From a bacterium (GTDB lineage Bacteria > Electryoneota > Electryoneia > Electryoneales > Electryoneaceae), in assembly GCA_963675295.2 (NCBI GenBank), contig CAXXKJ010000002.1, forward strand, positions 1,536,001 to 1,600,000: 64,000 nucleotides of DNA, written 5' to 3'. This document shows positions 1 through 12,457 of this stretch, in pieces. Under the pieces are notes generated by a model. It worked only from the letters and a program-made list of their open reading frames with translations, searched no databases and was not told where the DNA came from. Position numbers and translations under genes: made by a program. Position 1 is the stretch's first letter. Each line of letters opens with the position of its first letter.

Positions 1-1261
1 CGATGACATCGTAGCGCCGGACGTCGGTGTAGCCGGTGTAGTGGCTGGTGCACGAGATCTTGAACTCGTCGATGATGTACTCGCCGGGCGGCATCAGGAA
101 CACGACGGCGTAGTCGTGATAGATCGTCGGTGTTCCGTGTACCTCGTACGTTCCGTCATCGTGATACACGTCCTGCGGAGCACCGTACGGTGCCAGGCTT
201 TGCACGGTGATGGTGACGCGGTTGTTGCCCTCATCCGACTCGGACAGGACACTGTCAGCATCCGCAACGAGGAAAATGTACTCGTTGTCGTACTCCGGAT
301 CGGAAGCGGTCGGGTTGTAGTAGTCGCCCGAGAGAGTGACTTGTTCTCCGGAATCCAGGGCTTCCACTTCGAGCGTGCCGAGGAAGTAGTCGGTCATCGT
401 GTCGAGGGCATTGTCGTGCGACCAGTACACCTCGACCATGCTGCCGATTTCCGTATCTCCGGGGCCGTCGTTGATCACGTCAACCGTGAGCGTGAACGGG
501 TCGTTCACTTCGAGGGTGTAGTCGCTGACAGTCGGGTTTGCAAACTGAAGGTCGGGTGCTTCCTTGACCACGACAGCGAGGCTGACCACGTCCGTTTCAC
601 CCTGCTGATCCTTGACCCGGAACTTGGGGAAGTAGGTGCCGGCGGTCGAGTAGGTCCAATCAATCTCGTCATCGAAATTGTTTTCACGTTCCCAGGTTCC
701 ATCTCCCTCGAAGTCCCAGGAATAGGTCAGTGCTTCGCCGGAGTCGTGGTCATCGGTTGTGCCGGTCGCGTCAAAGTGGAAGACGGTCGCGGTGGTACCG
801 GTCTGCGGCGAGACCGTGGCGCTTGCCTCCGGGGGTTCGTTCTGAAAATCATCTACAACGGTGTAGACACCCGTCGCGGTCCCGATCGCGCCATCGGAAT
901 CCCGCCCTTCGACCTTGACGGTGAACGCTCCGGCTGCCACAGGAATATGAGTGATGTAGCCGAGGCCCTGGGTCCAGTCCTCTTCCCACGTCCCGTTGCC
1001 ATCGTAATCCCAGCGGAAGTCCATGCTCGCGGGTTCGTCGCTGTCGTCCGTCGTCTGAACAATGTCGAACTGAATCTCGGATCCCAAAGAAATGGTGGAT
1101 GGGGAAATGTTGAGAATCACATTCGGTGCCTCGTTCCCTCCCGGCCCTGTTGGCGATGAATCATCGTCGTTGGTCTGTTCACAACCCATGATTCCCAGCG
1201 AAATCACCAGGCTCAACACCAGAACCGAAGTGAACCAGAATCTCCGTGAAAGCCCCTTCAT
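1..1261 (-). CDS. Lipoprotein with two PKD-like domains and a CARDB-like Ig domain (3' end runs off the window)
   Basis: Not in the ORF track; translated by hand from ATG at 1261 after a GGAGG RBS: MKGLSRRFWFTSVLVLSLVISLGIMG-C (lipobox), then PKD-type motifs 'FRWDYDGNGTW' and 'YSWDFEGDGTW', and CARDB-like 'PDL...ESDEGNN'. Confidence 0.8.
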   Translation of the reverse strand, partial: MKGLSRRFWFTSVLVLSLVISLGIMGCEQTNDDDSSPTGPGGNEAPNVILNISPSTISLGSEIQFDIVQTTDDSDEPASMDFRWDYDGNGTWEEDWTQGLGYITHIPVAAGAFTVKVEGRDSDGAIGTATGVYTVVDDFQNEPPEASATVSPQTGTTATVFHFDATGTTDDHDSGEALTYSWDFEGDGTWERENNFDDEIDWTYSTAGTYFPKFRVKDQQGETDVVSLAVVVKEAPDLQFANPTVSDYTLEVNDPFTLTVDVINDGPGDTEIGSMVEVYWSHDNALDTMTDYFLGTLEVEALDSGEQVTLSGDYYNPTASDPEYDNEYIFLVADADSVLSESDEGNNRVTITVQSLAPYGAPQDVYHDDGTYEVHGTPTIYHDYAVVFLMPPGEYIIDEFKISCTSHYTGYTDVRRYDVI

Positions 1262-1639
1262 ACCACAATCCTCCCGGTCGTTATGCTATCCGTGGCACAG
1301 TCAGCCAGCTGCTGGAATACGACTCCGCAGTCTGCAACTTACTGCAATGCCGTGGAAGCTCTTCGTTTTGCAATCAATACCGTGGTTGGCCAATCAATGC
1401 GTGTTCGTCAGGTAGGCATGCCAGCCCAATCATACAACGATTTATTAGGAGATCCTAACTTTATTTTCGAGGATTTGTGGTTTCTTCCCGATTTGGTCTT
1501 CTGAGCTAACAACTAGCTAATTCAGGAATTAGCTAAGTTTGCTGAATCGAGTGCTCCTCCAGGAGTTGTGCAAACCGGGGTATAGCTGGTGAATCGCGTG
1601 TGGCGCAGGTTGGGTGGACTTGTGGGATAGTCTGCGTTG

Positions 1640-1921
1640 TCAGCCGGAGGTCAGCTCGACCAGGGTTGCGCCCCATCCGCCGGCGTCGTGTCCGGCGAGA
1701 CGGTAGCGGATGACGTAGGGCAGCCGGGCGAGGATGGCGTGCACGGTCTCCCGTAAAGCACCGGTGCCCTTGCCGTGAATGATCCGTATGGAGGTGATCC
1801 CACGGCGGCGGCATTCATCGAGGTAGTCGGGAATGAGGGATTTGACCTCTCGCGGGTCGAAGGTGTGCAGGTCGAGGGTGCCGTCGATGGGGTAGTCGAT
1901 CGGATCGGGGTTGTCCATCAT
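1640..1921 (-). CDS. Stand-alone Smr (small MutS-related) domain protein
   Basis: Smr signatures 'LDLH', 'IIHGKGTGALR' and 'GGWGAT'. Confidence 0.9.
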   Translation of the reverse strand: MMDNPDPIDYPIDGTLDLHTFDPREVKSLIPDYLDECRRRGITSIRIIHGKGTGALRETVHAILARLPYVIRYRLAGHDAGGWGATLVELTSG

Positions 1922-2087
1922 CGTCTCCGGCTCAGTGTGTTGTATGAATCTACTTGAAAGTAGGATTTTCCTATGTTCGATGCACGAAGCGGTTCATTTC
2001 ATGAGTATGTTGGCCAGCAGCGGTGTGCCAGCCGGTCGGGATTGATTCCGTGGCTGAACACACCGTACCAATCAGGGGGGAGGAAAC

Positions 2088-2498
2088 ATGATATTGATGC
2101 CGGCGATACGGTTTGCGGTTCAGATCTGCCTGTTCTGGTTTGCCGTGGTATTGGTTACACGGGATACGCGGGTCGACTGGCGCTCGTTCATCCTCTGGGT
2201 TGTCGCCGCCCACCTTGCGGGCGGAATCGTCGCAGCGCTACTGGGAGACAGCGGTCCTGTCTGGATCAACAACCTGGTCGCGTTGCTCGTGACCTCCGCT
2301 GCGCTGGCATCTGTGCTATACTTCAAGTTCGGGTACGATGGCCCGAAGCAGATCCTGATGATCATCGTGATCTATTTTGTCTCGACGTTTCTGCTGAACG
2401 TGATCCTGGCGCTTTCCGCGTGTAACCTTCAAAACCGGATCAACGAAGCATTGGAATCCGGCGGGTGGCTTTCGTCGGTGGGAACTCTTTTCTGCTGA
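2088..2498 (+). CDS. Hypothetical membrane protein (~4 TM)
   Basis: GGAGG RBS before the ATG; four hydrophobic segments. Confidence 0.65.
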   Translation: MILMPAIRFAVQICLFWFAVVLVTRDTRVDWRSFILWVVAAHLAGGIVAALLGDSGPVWINNLVALLVTSAALASVLYFKFGYDGPKQILMIIVIYFVSTFLLNVILALSACNLQNRINEALESGGWLSSVGTLFC

Positions 2499-2673
2499 GC
2501 TTCCGATGTCGCGGGTAAGTTCACTCTGGAATCGCGGGTACACTCGCTGCAGAAGTTGAGGTACAGCGTGCGCAACATTGAATCTCACACTATCGGAAAT
2601 ACTGTTTGGCCCGCCTAAGAATTGTCTTATCTTTGCCCCGGGGAATGGTGGTTTGGGAGAAGGGACGAGAACG

Positions 2674-3567
2674 ATGAAGATTGTCTTGTGGGTGGTGCTC
2701 GGCATTGTCGGGCTGGTGATCATCGTGTTTGGCGGGTTTGGCCTCTGGGTGTTCACCTCCAGCAACTCTGCGATCAACGCGACGTATGACGTCGCGATCA
2801 CACCGTTTGAGATTCCGACGGATTCCACCAGTCTCGCGTATGGCAAGCATGTCGCGACGATCCGTGGCTGCATCGGCTGTCATGGTGCAGACCTTGGCGG
2901 TGGTGGCGAGGATCTCAACATGGGTCCGTTGGGGAGCTATTACCCGACGAACATCACATCGGGGCAGGGTGGAAAAACGGCAAATTACACGACGGCCGAT
3001 TGGATCCGAACGATCCGTCACGGCGTGAAACCGGATGGCAGCACCGCGATCATGATGCCATCGTACGAGTACTACCCGATTGGTGACGAGGATCTCGCGG
3101 CGATGATCGGGTACCTGAAGTCGATGCCGCCGGTGGACCGGGACAATCGTCCGCAGGAAGTCGGGCCGGTGGGACGGATCCTGATCGCGACCGGCCAGAT
3201 GAAGGTCTTGACCTCGGCGAAGTTCATCGACCATGATGCGCCGCATCCGCCCGCGCCGGAACGTGGGGTGACGGTCGAGTATGGCGAGTATCTCGGCACA
3301 ACCTGCACCGGTTGTCATGGCGAGAACCTGGCGGGCGGGGTGAGTCTCGGGCCGAACGCGCCGATGTCGTCGAACCTGACACCCGCCGGATTGACGGAGT
3401 ATGACCGGGACGCGTTCTTCACGGCATTGCGTGCCGGGTACAAGGCGGACGGCAGCCAGATCGACAAAATCATGCCATATTCCCAGTTCGCTGAGATGAC
3501 GGATGACGAGATCGATGCGCTGTGGCTGTATCTGCAGAGCTTACCGGCGGTTGAAAACGAGTACTGA
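2674..3567 (+). CDS. Membrane-anchored diheme cytochrome c
   Basis: N-terminal TM anchor; two CxxCH motifs (CIGCH, CTGCH), each followed by an NIT/NLT motif and a distal MP. Confidence 0.9.
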   Translation: MKIVLWVVLGIVGLVIIVFGGFGLWVFTSSNSAINATYDVAITPFEIPTDSTSLAYGKHVATIRGCIGCHGADLGGGGEDLNMGPLGSYYPTNITSGQGGKTANYTTADWIRTIRHGVKPDGSTAIMMPSYEYYPIGDEDLAAMIGYLKSMPPVDRDNRPQEVGPVGRILIATGQMKVLTSAKFIDHDAPHPPAPERGVTVEYGEYLGTTCTGCHGENLAGGVSLGPNAPMSSNLTPAGLTEYDRDAFFTALRAGYKADGSQIDKIMPYSQFAEMTDDEIDALWLYLQSLPAVENEY

Positions 3568-3589
3568 CGGGCCCGGAAGTCAGGAATCC

Positions 3590-3623
3590 AAACCCGGACG
3601 GTATTGTCCGGGTTTTGCTTTTT
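3590..3623 (+). terminator. Rho-independent terminator
   Basis: Stem AAACCCGGAC/GTCCGGGTTT followed by T-rich sequence, just after the cytochrome c stop. Confidence 0.7.
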
Positions 3624-3748
3624 CTGTTACCCTTTGGGCTGGACTGTGATGGAAAAATCTCCTGGAAGACTGAGTGCAATCTCTCGTGGTATTTGAATAT
3701 TGTTAAGAATTTGTTAAATTTGTGTAAACACATCAGATGGGGGTAGCG

Positions 3749-4669
3749 ATGACGCTTCCAGACTACTTGGATCATGTGAATCAGGAAATTGCGGGGATCG
3801 TTGCGCCCAGTTTCACCACGAAGCAGATGAAATTGAACAAGGTGCCGGCGACGGACTCGGATGCGCTGAGACCGACCCCCGCCGGTGAATTCACGGCGTA
3901 TCGTCTCAAGACGACAGTGTTGTATGTCGACATCCGCCGTTCGGTTTTCCCCGAAGTGAAAAGGATGGCGCACGACAAGATCAAGGTGTACCTCGCATTC
4001 CTCAAGGTGATGGCGAACGCGGCGGAGTATCACGGTGGCCGGGTGGTTGATCTCGCCGGCGACCGGATGATGGTCGTGTTCGACGAGGAAGACTGCTACA
4101 CAGACGCGATCAACACGGCGTTCCTGTTGAACACGGTCGCGCAGACGATTCTTGCGCCGCATTTCCCGCATCGCACGATCCGATGTGGCATCGGTGTTGA
4201 TTATGGTAGCATCCTGCTTTCCCGTGTGCCGGTGGAAAGCGACAGCGAGCACCGCAAGTTCGCGCAGGAGATGGTGTGGTTGGGCAAGCCGGCGTCGCGT
4301 GCGGCGAAGCTGATGGCGGTTGCCAACGGCAGCTTGACCAGCGCGAATGGGGTGGGCAATGTCGGGCGCGCGTTCCACGAGGTGAAGGAGTGGAGCTGGC
4401 GCGTGCTGGACGAGTATACCAACATGATCAACGTGCTGGGCACACGTCCGATGAACGTCTACACTGGCCCGACCTGCCGTCTGTCGAAGCTGGACGTTGA
4501 GAGCGGACGGATCGAGCCAATCCTGGTGACTGGTCGTGTGCTGACAGGATTGCGGAAGGAACGGCCGGACGACGTGTCGTTGAAACGTCTCTGGTGGCGC
4601 AAGAAGTCGCTCTATGTGCCGAACCTGAAGGAAGAAGTTTTCGGTGCGAATGTGATTTACACGTGCTAA
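3749..4669 (+). CDS. Class III nucleotide cyclase, Pycsar PycC-like
   Basis: Motifs 'TVLYVDIRRS', 'AGDRMMVVF', 'CGIGVDYG', 'VWLGKPASRAAKL'; soluble, no sensor domain. Confidence 0.75.
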   Translation: MTLPDYLDHVNQEIAGIVAPSFTTKQMKLNKVPATDSDALRPTPAGEFTAYRLKTTVLYVDIRRSVFPEVKRMAHDKIKVYLAFLKVMANAAEYHGGRVVDLAGDRMMVVFDEEDCYTDAINTAFLLNTVAQTILAPHFPHRTIRCGIGVDYGSILLSRVPVESDSEHRKFAQEMVWLGKPASRAAKLMAVANGSLTSANGVGNVGRAFHEVKEWSWRVLDEYTNMINVLGTRPMNVYTGPTCRLSKLDVESGRIEPILVTGRVLTGLRKERPDDVSLKRLWWRKKSLYVPNLKEEVFGANVIYTC

Positions 4670-4746
4670 TCGCGATCAGGATGCTTACATTGTCCTGAGA
4701 AAATACAGGTGGGGTGCACGCCCGGTGATCAGTCCGGGCTGCGCAG

Positions 4747-4780
4747 AAAGGGACGCTTCGTGTTGCGAAGCGTCCCTTTT
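4747..4780. terminator. Bidirectional rho-independent terminator
   Basis: AAAGGGACGCTTCG-tgttg-CGAAGCGTCCCTTT between convergent genes. Confidence 0.85.
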
Positions 4781-4783
4781 GAT

Positions 4784-4910
4784 TCTGGTACACGGTTTCC
4801 GGTAATCGGTAGTCGGTGTTCAGAAATCGGTATTCGGGTATCAACCTGATTGTCAACCTGTAGCAGGACGAGACACGAGATACCGCCAACCGAGTACCGA
4901 CAACCGGCTA
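4784..4910. repeat. Two degenerate heptamer tracts in inverted orientation ((NTCGGTA)n ... (TACCGNN)n)
   Basis: tccggta atcggta gtcggtg ... atcggta (4784-4839) versus taccgcc aaccgag taccgac aaccggc (4881-4908). Confidence 0.65.
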
Positions 4911-6338
4911 CCGCTTTTTCTGCGGCAGCATGTAGTGCGGCGACTGGTTGAAGATCAGGTCGGCGCTCTCCATGATGGCCTCGCTCAGGGTCGGGTGCGG
5001 GTGAATCGAGAGGCGGAGGTCATCCGCGACGCAGCCCATTTCGATGGCGAGTACGCCTTCCGCGATCATGTCACCAGCGTTCGGTCCGGCGATGCCGAGG
5101 CCGAGGATCTTCTTCGTTTTGGCGTTGACGACGAGCTTAGTGACGCCGTCGGTGCGGCCCAGCGTGATCGCGCGTCCGGAGGCGGCGAGCGGGAACTTGA
5201 CCACCTGCACGTCGATGCCCTTCGCCTTGGCTTCGTCCTCCATCAGCCCGGCCCAGGCAATTTCCGGGTCGGTGAAGACGACGGCCGGGATCGCACGTGG
5301 ATCCCACCCGGCGCTTTTCTCACCGGCGATATCCTCGACGGCGACACGGCCTTCGTGCGACGCCTTGTGCGCGAGCATCGGTTCGCCGGCGATGTCGCCG
5401 ATCGCCCAGATGTTCGCTTCGGCGGTGCGGCGCTTCTCGTCGACCTTGACAAAGCCCTTATCGTCCAGCTCGATGGTCGTGTTCTCGAGGCCGATGTTTG
5501 CGCTGTTCGGCTTGCGGCCGACGGACACGAGCACGTAGTCATACTCTTTCCGCGCATCGTCCGCGCCCTTGCCCTCGAACTCGACCTTGACCTTGGTTTT
5601 CAGCGCATTGACCGAACTGACTTTCGTCTCCAGGTGGATCGCTTCGAACTGGTTCTTCAGCCGCTTGTTGAGCGGCCGCACGAGATCCTTGTCCGCGCCG
5701 GGGAGGATGGACTTCATCATCTCGACGACGGAGACCTTGGTGCCGAGGGTAGCGTAAACTGACCCCAGCTCGAGGCCGATGTAGCCGCCGCCGACGATCA
5801 GCATCGTCTTCGGGATTTCCGGCAGGTCGAGGGCGTCCTTCGCGAGCATCATCCGCGGGTTGTCCATCGGCCAGCCGGGGATGGAAATCGCCAGTGACCC
5901 GGTGGCGAGGATCAGCTTGTCGAAGGTGTGGCGTTCGGACTTACCGTCCACCAGCTTCACCTCGAGCTCGGTGTTGCTGACGAAGGTTCCGGTGCCGCGA
6001 ATGTGCTTCACCTTGCGCATTTCGGCGATCTTGCCGACGCCGCCGGTGAGCCGGTCGACGACAGATTCCTTCCACGCGCGCAGTTTGTCGACGTCGATCT
6101 TCGGTTCGGCGAAATCGACCCCGAACTCGCTTGCCTCGCGGGCGTCGGTGATCACCTTGGCGGCGTGCAGCATCGCCTTGGACGGGATGCAGCCACGGTA
6201 CAGGCACGTGCCGCCGGGGTTCTCTTCCGGGTCAATCAAGGTGACATTGAAGTCCTTGTCGGCGGCGTGGAACGCGGCGGCATAGCCACCGGGTCCGCCA
6301 CCGAGGACAATCAGGTCGTGATGGGTTTTATCAGACAT
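4908..6338 (-). CDS. lpdA: Dihydrolipoamide dehydrogenase (E3), pyruvate dehydrogenase operon
   Basis: GGGPGGY FAD motif, GGTCLYRGCIPSK disulfide motif, HPHPTLSE; start placed at MSDKTHH. Confidence 0.95.
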   Translation of the reverse strand: MSDKTHHDLIVLGGGPGGYAAAFHAADKDFNVTLIDPEENPGGTCLYRGCIPSKAMLHAAKVITDAREASEFGVDFAEPKIDVDKLRAWKESVVDRLTGGVGKIAEMRKVKHIRGTGTFVSNTELEVKLVDGKSERHTFDKLILATGSLAISIPGWPMDNPRMMLAKDALDLPEIPKTMLIVGGGYIGLELGSVYATLGTKVSVVEMMKSILPGADKDLVRPLNKRLKNQFEAIHLETKVSSVNALKTKVKVEFEGKGADDARKEYDYVLVSVGRKPNSANIGLENTTIELDDKGFVKVDEKRRTAEANIWAIGDIAGEPMLAHKASHEGRVAVEDIAGEKSAGWDPRAIPAVVFTDPEIAWAGLMEDEAKAKGIDVQVVKFPLAASGRAITLGRTDGVTKLVVNAKTKKILGLGIAGPNAGDMIAEGVLAIEMGCVADDLRLSIHPHPTLSEAIMESADLIFNQSPHYMLPQKKR

Positions 6339-6347
6339 GGGAATTTG

Positions 6348-6624
6348 TCTCTGGTCTCTTGTCTTTCGTCTCTCGGGAAGGCCGCATAGGACGCCGGTCC
6401 TTCGAGTGACGTTGATCCCGAAGTGCGAGCACGTCGGGGCACACGCTAATCTCTGGTCTCTTGTCTTTCGTCTCTCGGGAAGGTCGCGTCCGGCAGATCT
6501 CGACGCGGGTCTTTCGAGTGACGTTAATCCCGACGTGCGAGCACGTCGGGGCACTCACCTATGGCTGCTATTCTACTGCAGTCCGCAGTTACCGATTTCC
6601 AACTACCGGCAACCGTTAACCGTC
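6348..6624. repeat. Tandem ~100-bp duplicated unit with a REP-like hairpin, followed by a heptamer tract
   Basis: Identical 34-mer TCTCTGGTCTCTTGTCTTTCGTCTCTCGGGAAGG at 6348 and 6450; hairpins at 6415-6440 and 6527-6552; heptamers 6590-6624. Confidence 0.85.
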
Positions 6625-7974
6625 TTAGACAAACATCGCCATCGGATTCTCGAGGGCCTTGCAGATCCAGTCGAGGAAGCGGGATGCGTCCGCGCCGTCC
6701 ACGACGCGATGATCGTACGACAGGGTCAGGGGCAGCACGGTGCATGGTTGCCACTGCTCGTCAATCCAGCGCGGTTCGAACAGCGACCGGGAGAGGCCGA
6801 GGATCGCGACCTGCGGCGGGTTGACGATCGGCGTGAACCATTCGCCGCCAATCGAGCCCTGGTTCGAGATGGTGAAGCTGCCACCTTCCATGTCCGCCGG
6901 GCCGAGTTTCTTCGCGCGGGCTTTGCTGCTGATCTCGCCGAGATCGTTCGCCAGTTGCACGAGGTCTTTCTGGTCAACGTCCCGGATTACCGGCACCACC
7001 AGCCCACGGTCAGTGTCCACCGCGATGCTCATGTGGATGTAGTCACGGAAGATGATCTCGCCGGCGTCCATATCAATCGCGGCGTTGAAGTTCGGGAACT
7101 TCTTCAGCGCCTCAGCGGCGATTTTCATCACGATCGCGGTCGGTGTCAGCTTGACATCCTGCTTCGCGAAGTGCTTTCCGTATTGTGCGCGGAACTTTTC
7201 GAGCTCGGTGATGTCGGCCTTCTGGAACTGGGTCACCTGCGGCACAAGGGCGTTGGCGCGGGCCATCGCTTCGGCGGTCAGCTGACGCAGTTTGCTCATC
7301 GGCTCATGCCGCACCGGCCCGAACTGGCTCAGGTCGGGCATGGTGTAAGCGATGGAAGTCGAATGCTCGATCACGTTCTTCGCGTGCTGCTTGACGTCGT
7401 CCTCGAGGATACGTCCGCGCGGACCGCTGCCGGCGACGTCATACAGGTCGATGCCCAGCTCACGGGCGAGCTTGCGCACGGCGGGACCGGCCGGGATCGG
7501 ATCACCTTCACGGTCCTTGCGTGGAGCGGGCTTCGATGCCTGTGCGGCTGGACGTGACGGCACCGGAGCGGGCTTCGACTCCTGCGCTGGTGGCTCAGGT
7601 TCGGCTTTCGCCGGGACGTCGTCCTGTTCGGCTTCGGGTTCGTCCGCCGGTTCGTCTTTGGCTTCCGGCTGCGAATCGGGTTCCTCGGTATCCTCGGACT
7701 TCTCAGCCTTGTCGTCAGACTTCGCGGAGTCGACGGCTTCGGTGTCGAGTTTCATCACGACGTCGCCGACGTTAACCGTATCGCCTTCCTTGATCAGGAT
7801 TTCGCTGATCGTTCCGGCGGACGGCGCGGGCAGTTCGACCACAGCCTTGTCGGTTTCCAGCTCGAGCAATCCCTGGTCGATTTCGACGGTATCGCCCACC
7901 TTGACGAGGATCGAGGCTACATCGCCCTTCTCCACGTTTTCTGAGATTTCCGGGACGCGAACGTCTTGTATCAT
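6625..7974 (-). CDS. aceF: Pyruvate dehydrogenase E2 (dihydrolipoamide acetyltransferase), single lipoyl domain
   Basis: Lipoyl motif ETDKA, E3-binding 'PAVRKLARELGIDL..V.GSGPRGRI', catalytic 'SYDHRVVDG'. Confidence 0.93.
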   Translation of the reverse strand: MIQDVRVPEISENVEKGDVASILVKVGDTVEIDQGLLELETDKAVVELPAPSAGTISEILIKEGDTVNVGDVVMKLDTEAVDSAKSDDKAEKSEDTEEPDSQPEAKDEPADEPEAEQDDVPAKAEPEPPAQESKPAPVPSRPAAQASKPAPRKDREGDPIPAGPAVRKLARELGIDLYDVAGSGPRGRILEDDVKQHAKNVIEHSTSIAYTMPDLSQFGPVRHEPMSKLRQLTAEAMARANALVPQVTQFQKADITELEKFRAQYGKHFAKQDVKLTPTAIVMKIAAEALKKFPNFNAAIDMDAGEIIFRDYIHMSIAVDTDRGLVVPVIRDVDQKDLVQLANDLGEISSKARAKKLGPADMEGGSFTISNQGSIGGEWFTPIVNPPQVAILGLSRSLFEPRWIDEQWQPCTVLPLTLSYDHRVVDGADASRFLDWICKALENPMAMFV

Positions 7975-8004
7975 GGTTCGTCCTATCGTTTACCCATCCC
8001 GCAT

Positions 8005-10686
<2,682 letters not shown>

Positions 10687-10954
10687 GGGACAGCTCCTGG
10701 TTAGTCGAAATCACGCCTGCGATATTGCGGCAGGCGTCAATGAAAGACAGCTGTGTCTGCAAAATGTTAGGCGCTGCAAAGATAGGGAATCCGCACGTAC
10801 CGCGCGAGTGCTTTCTGCAGGTTGGAGATCCCTCCAATGCCTGAAATTGCAATGCTGTAGCTTGGATGCGGCTAAAATGGAAGGGATGTCTAACACATCT
10901 CCCCGAGCAATCATGGGTTCAAGTGGTATCAGTTAGGTGATGCTTGCGCGGTTC

Positions 10955-12457
10955 TCAGTCACCCCGGCTGAGACGCAGCCCACGCGGGACAAGCAGGCGT
11001 TCGATCAGGTTGAACAGCAGTTGGGTGAGAATCGCCAGTCCGGCAGCGGGAAGGGCGCCTTCGAGGATCAGGCCGTAATCATCCAGCCGGATGCCGGTGA
11101 GGATCGGCTGGCCATACCCGCCGGCGCCGATCAATGCGCTGAGCGTGGCGAAGCCAATGGTGATCACGGCGGAGGTTTTTACTCCGGCGAGGATGGACGG
11201 GCTTGCCAGCGGCAGGTCAACGTGCAGCAGGCGGTCACGTGGACTCAGGCCCAGCGCCTCCGCCGACTAGCGCAGGCTCGGTGGGATGGAGGTCAGGCCG
11301 GAGTGGGTGTTCCGCACCATCGGCAGCAGGCTGTAGAGGAACAGCGCGGCGATAGCGGGCGGGGCAGCAATGCCGAGCAGAGGGATCATGAACACCAGCA
11401 GTGCCAGCGAGGGGATGGTCTGAATGATGCCGACGGTGCCGAGGATGATTGCTCCGGCGGCGGCGTTGCGTGCGGCGAGAATGCCGAGCGGAATCGCGAC
11501 GAGTATCCCCAGCAGCATCGCGACACCGACCAGGGTCAGGTGCTCGAGCGTGGTGGTCCAGAGGCGGGACGCGAGGGTCGATTCCTCGAACTCAACCGTT
11601 TCGCCGAATTCAGCCTCGAGGAACGATGCCGCGACCGCGATTTCGGTTTCGCCATCGAGTTTGACGCGTTTATTGAGTGCGCGCATACGGTCGGCGTCAA
11701 ATCGTCCCGCCAGCTCATTGAGCGTGCGGATCGCTTCGGGCGGCAGGTCGGCACGGTACAGGTAGACGGCGTCGTAAGTGGTGAAATGGGCGCGATCATC
11801 CTCGAGCACGGCGAGGTTGTAGTACGCGATCTCGGCGTCGGTGGAGTACAGATCCATCACGTCAATGGATCCGGCCGCGAGGGCACGGTAGGCTAAGTCG
11901 TGGTCCATGCCGGTGACGTCGTCCGGGTTGAGCGAATAGGCGTCACGGAGGCTCGGCCAACCGTCACCACGGTTGAGGAACTCATTGGTGAAACCGTACC
12001 GTAGCTCGGGATGATTACGGAGATCGGAGATGGTCGCAATGTCCAGCTCGCGGGCTTTCTCCGGGGTCATGCCGAGAGCGTAGGTGTTGTTGAAGCCGAG
12101 CGGCACGGTCATGCCCAGCCCGCGTTCGGCGAGCGCGGCACGGATCGCGTCCAGCGTGGGCAACTCGAGATTACGCAGAATTTCTTGCCGGATGGTGCCG
12201 GTGTAGTCGGGGTAGATGTCAATGTCACCGCTGTGCAGCGCGTTGAACAGCACCCTCGTACCGCCAAGTTCACGCTGGTGCACGGTGTTTAATCCGGCGT
12301 GTTCCAGTTGTAGCGTGGAGATCTCGCCGAGGATGACCGACTCGGTGAATTTCTTCGAACCAACACGGATCGGATTGTCCTGCGCGACGGCGGCGGAGGC
12401 AACCAACATCGTCGCGATCAGGCACAGGGTGAGGAGAAGCAGCCGGTTTCGTTTCAT
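10955..12457 (-). pseudogene. Glycine betaine/choline ABC transporter, fused substrate-binding and permease protein, interrupted by one in-frame TAG (11267-11269)
   Basis: 'VGSKKFTE' and 'GFNNTYAL' binding-domain motifs, then permease; reading through the TAG gives 'PSLR*SAEALGL...[13 protein letters not shown]', in frame with ORF 10955-11167. Confidence 0.8.

Noticed and set aside
41-1159. 372-aa plus-strand ORF, and many other long ORFs antisense to real genes (e.g. 9331-10620, 14806-16104, 51848-53518)
   Set aside because: Shadow frames of high-GC coding sequence; the opposite strand carries the recognisable protein motifs.
1514-1535. Perfect inverted repeat TAGCTAATTC-AG-GAATTAGCTA
   Set aside because: Single occurrence with no assignable regulator or clear terminator tail; could be an operator but is unsupported.
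6348-6554. Possible CRISPR array (34-bp repeat twice)
   Set aside because: Only two copies, the intervening sequences are themselves largely homologous, and there are no cas genes in the window.
6339-6554. N-terminal extension of LpdA in the ORF track (548 aa)
   Set aside because: The extension is translated repeat DNA; homology starts at MSDKTHH (6338).
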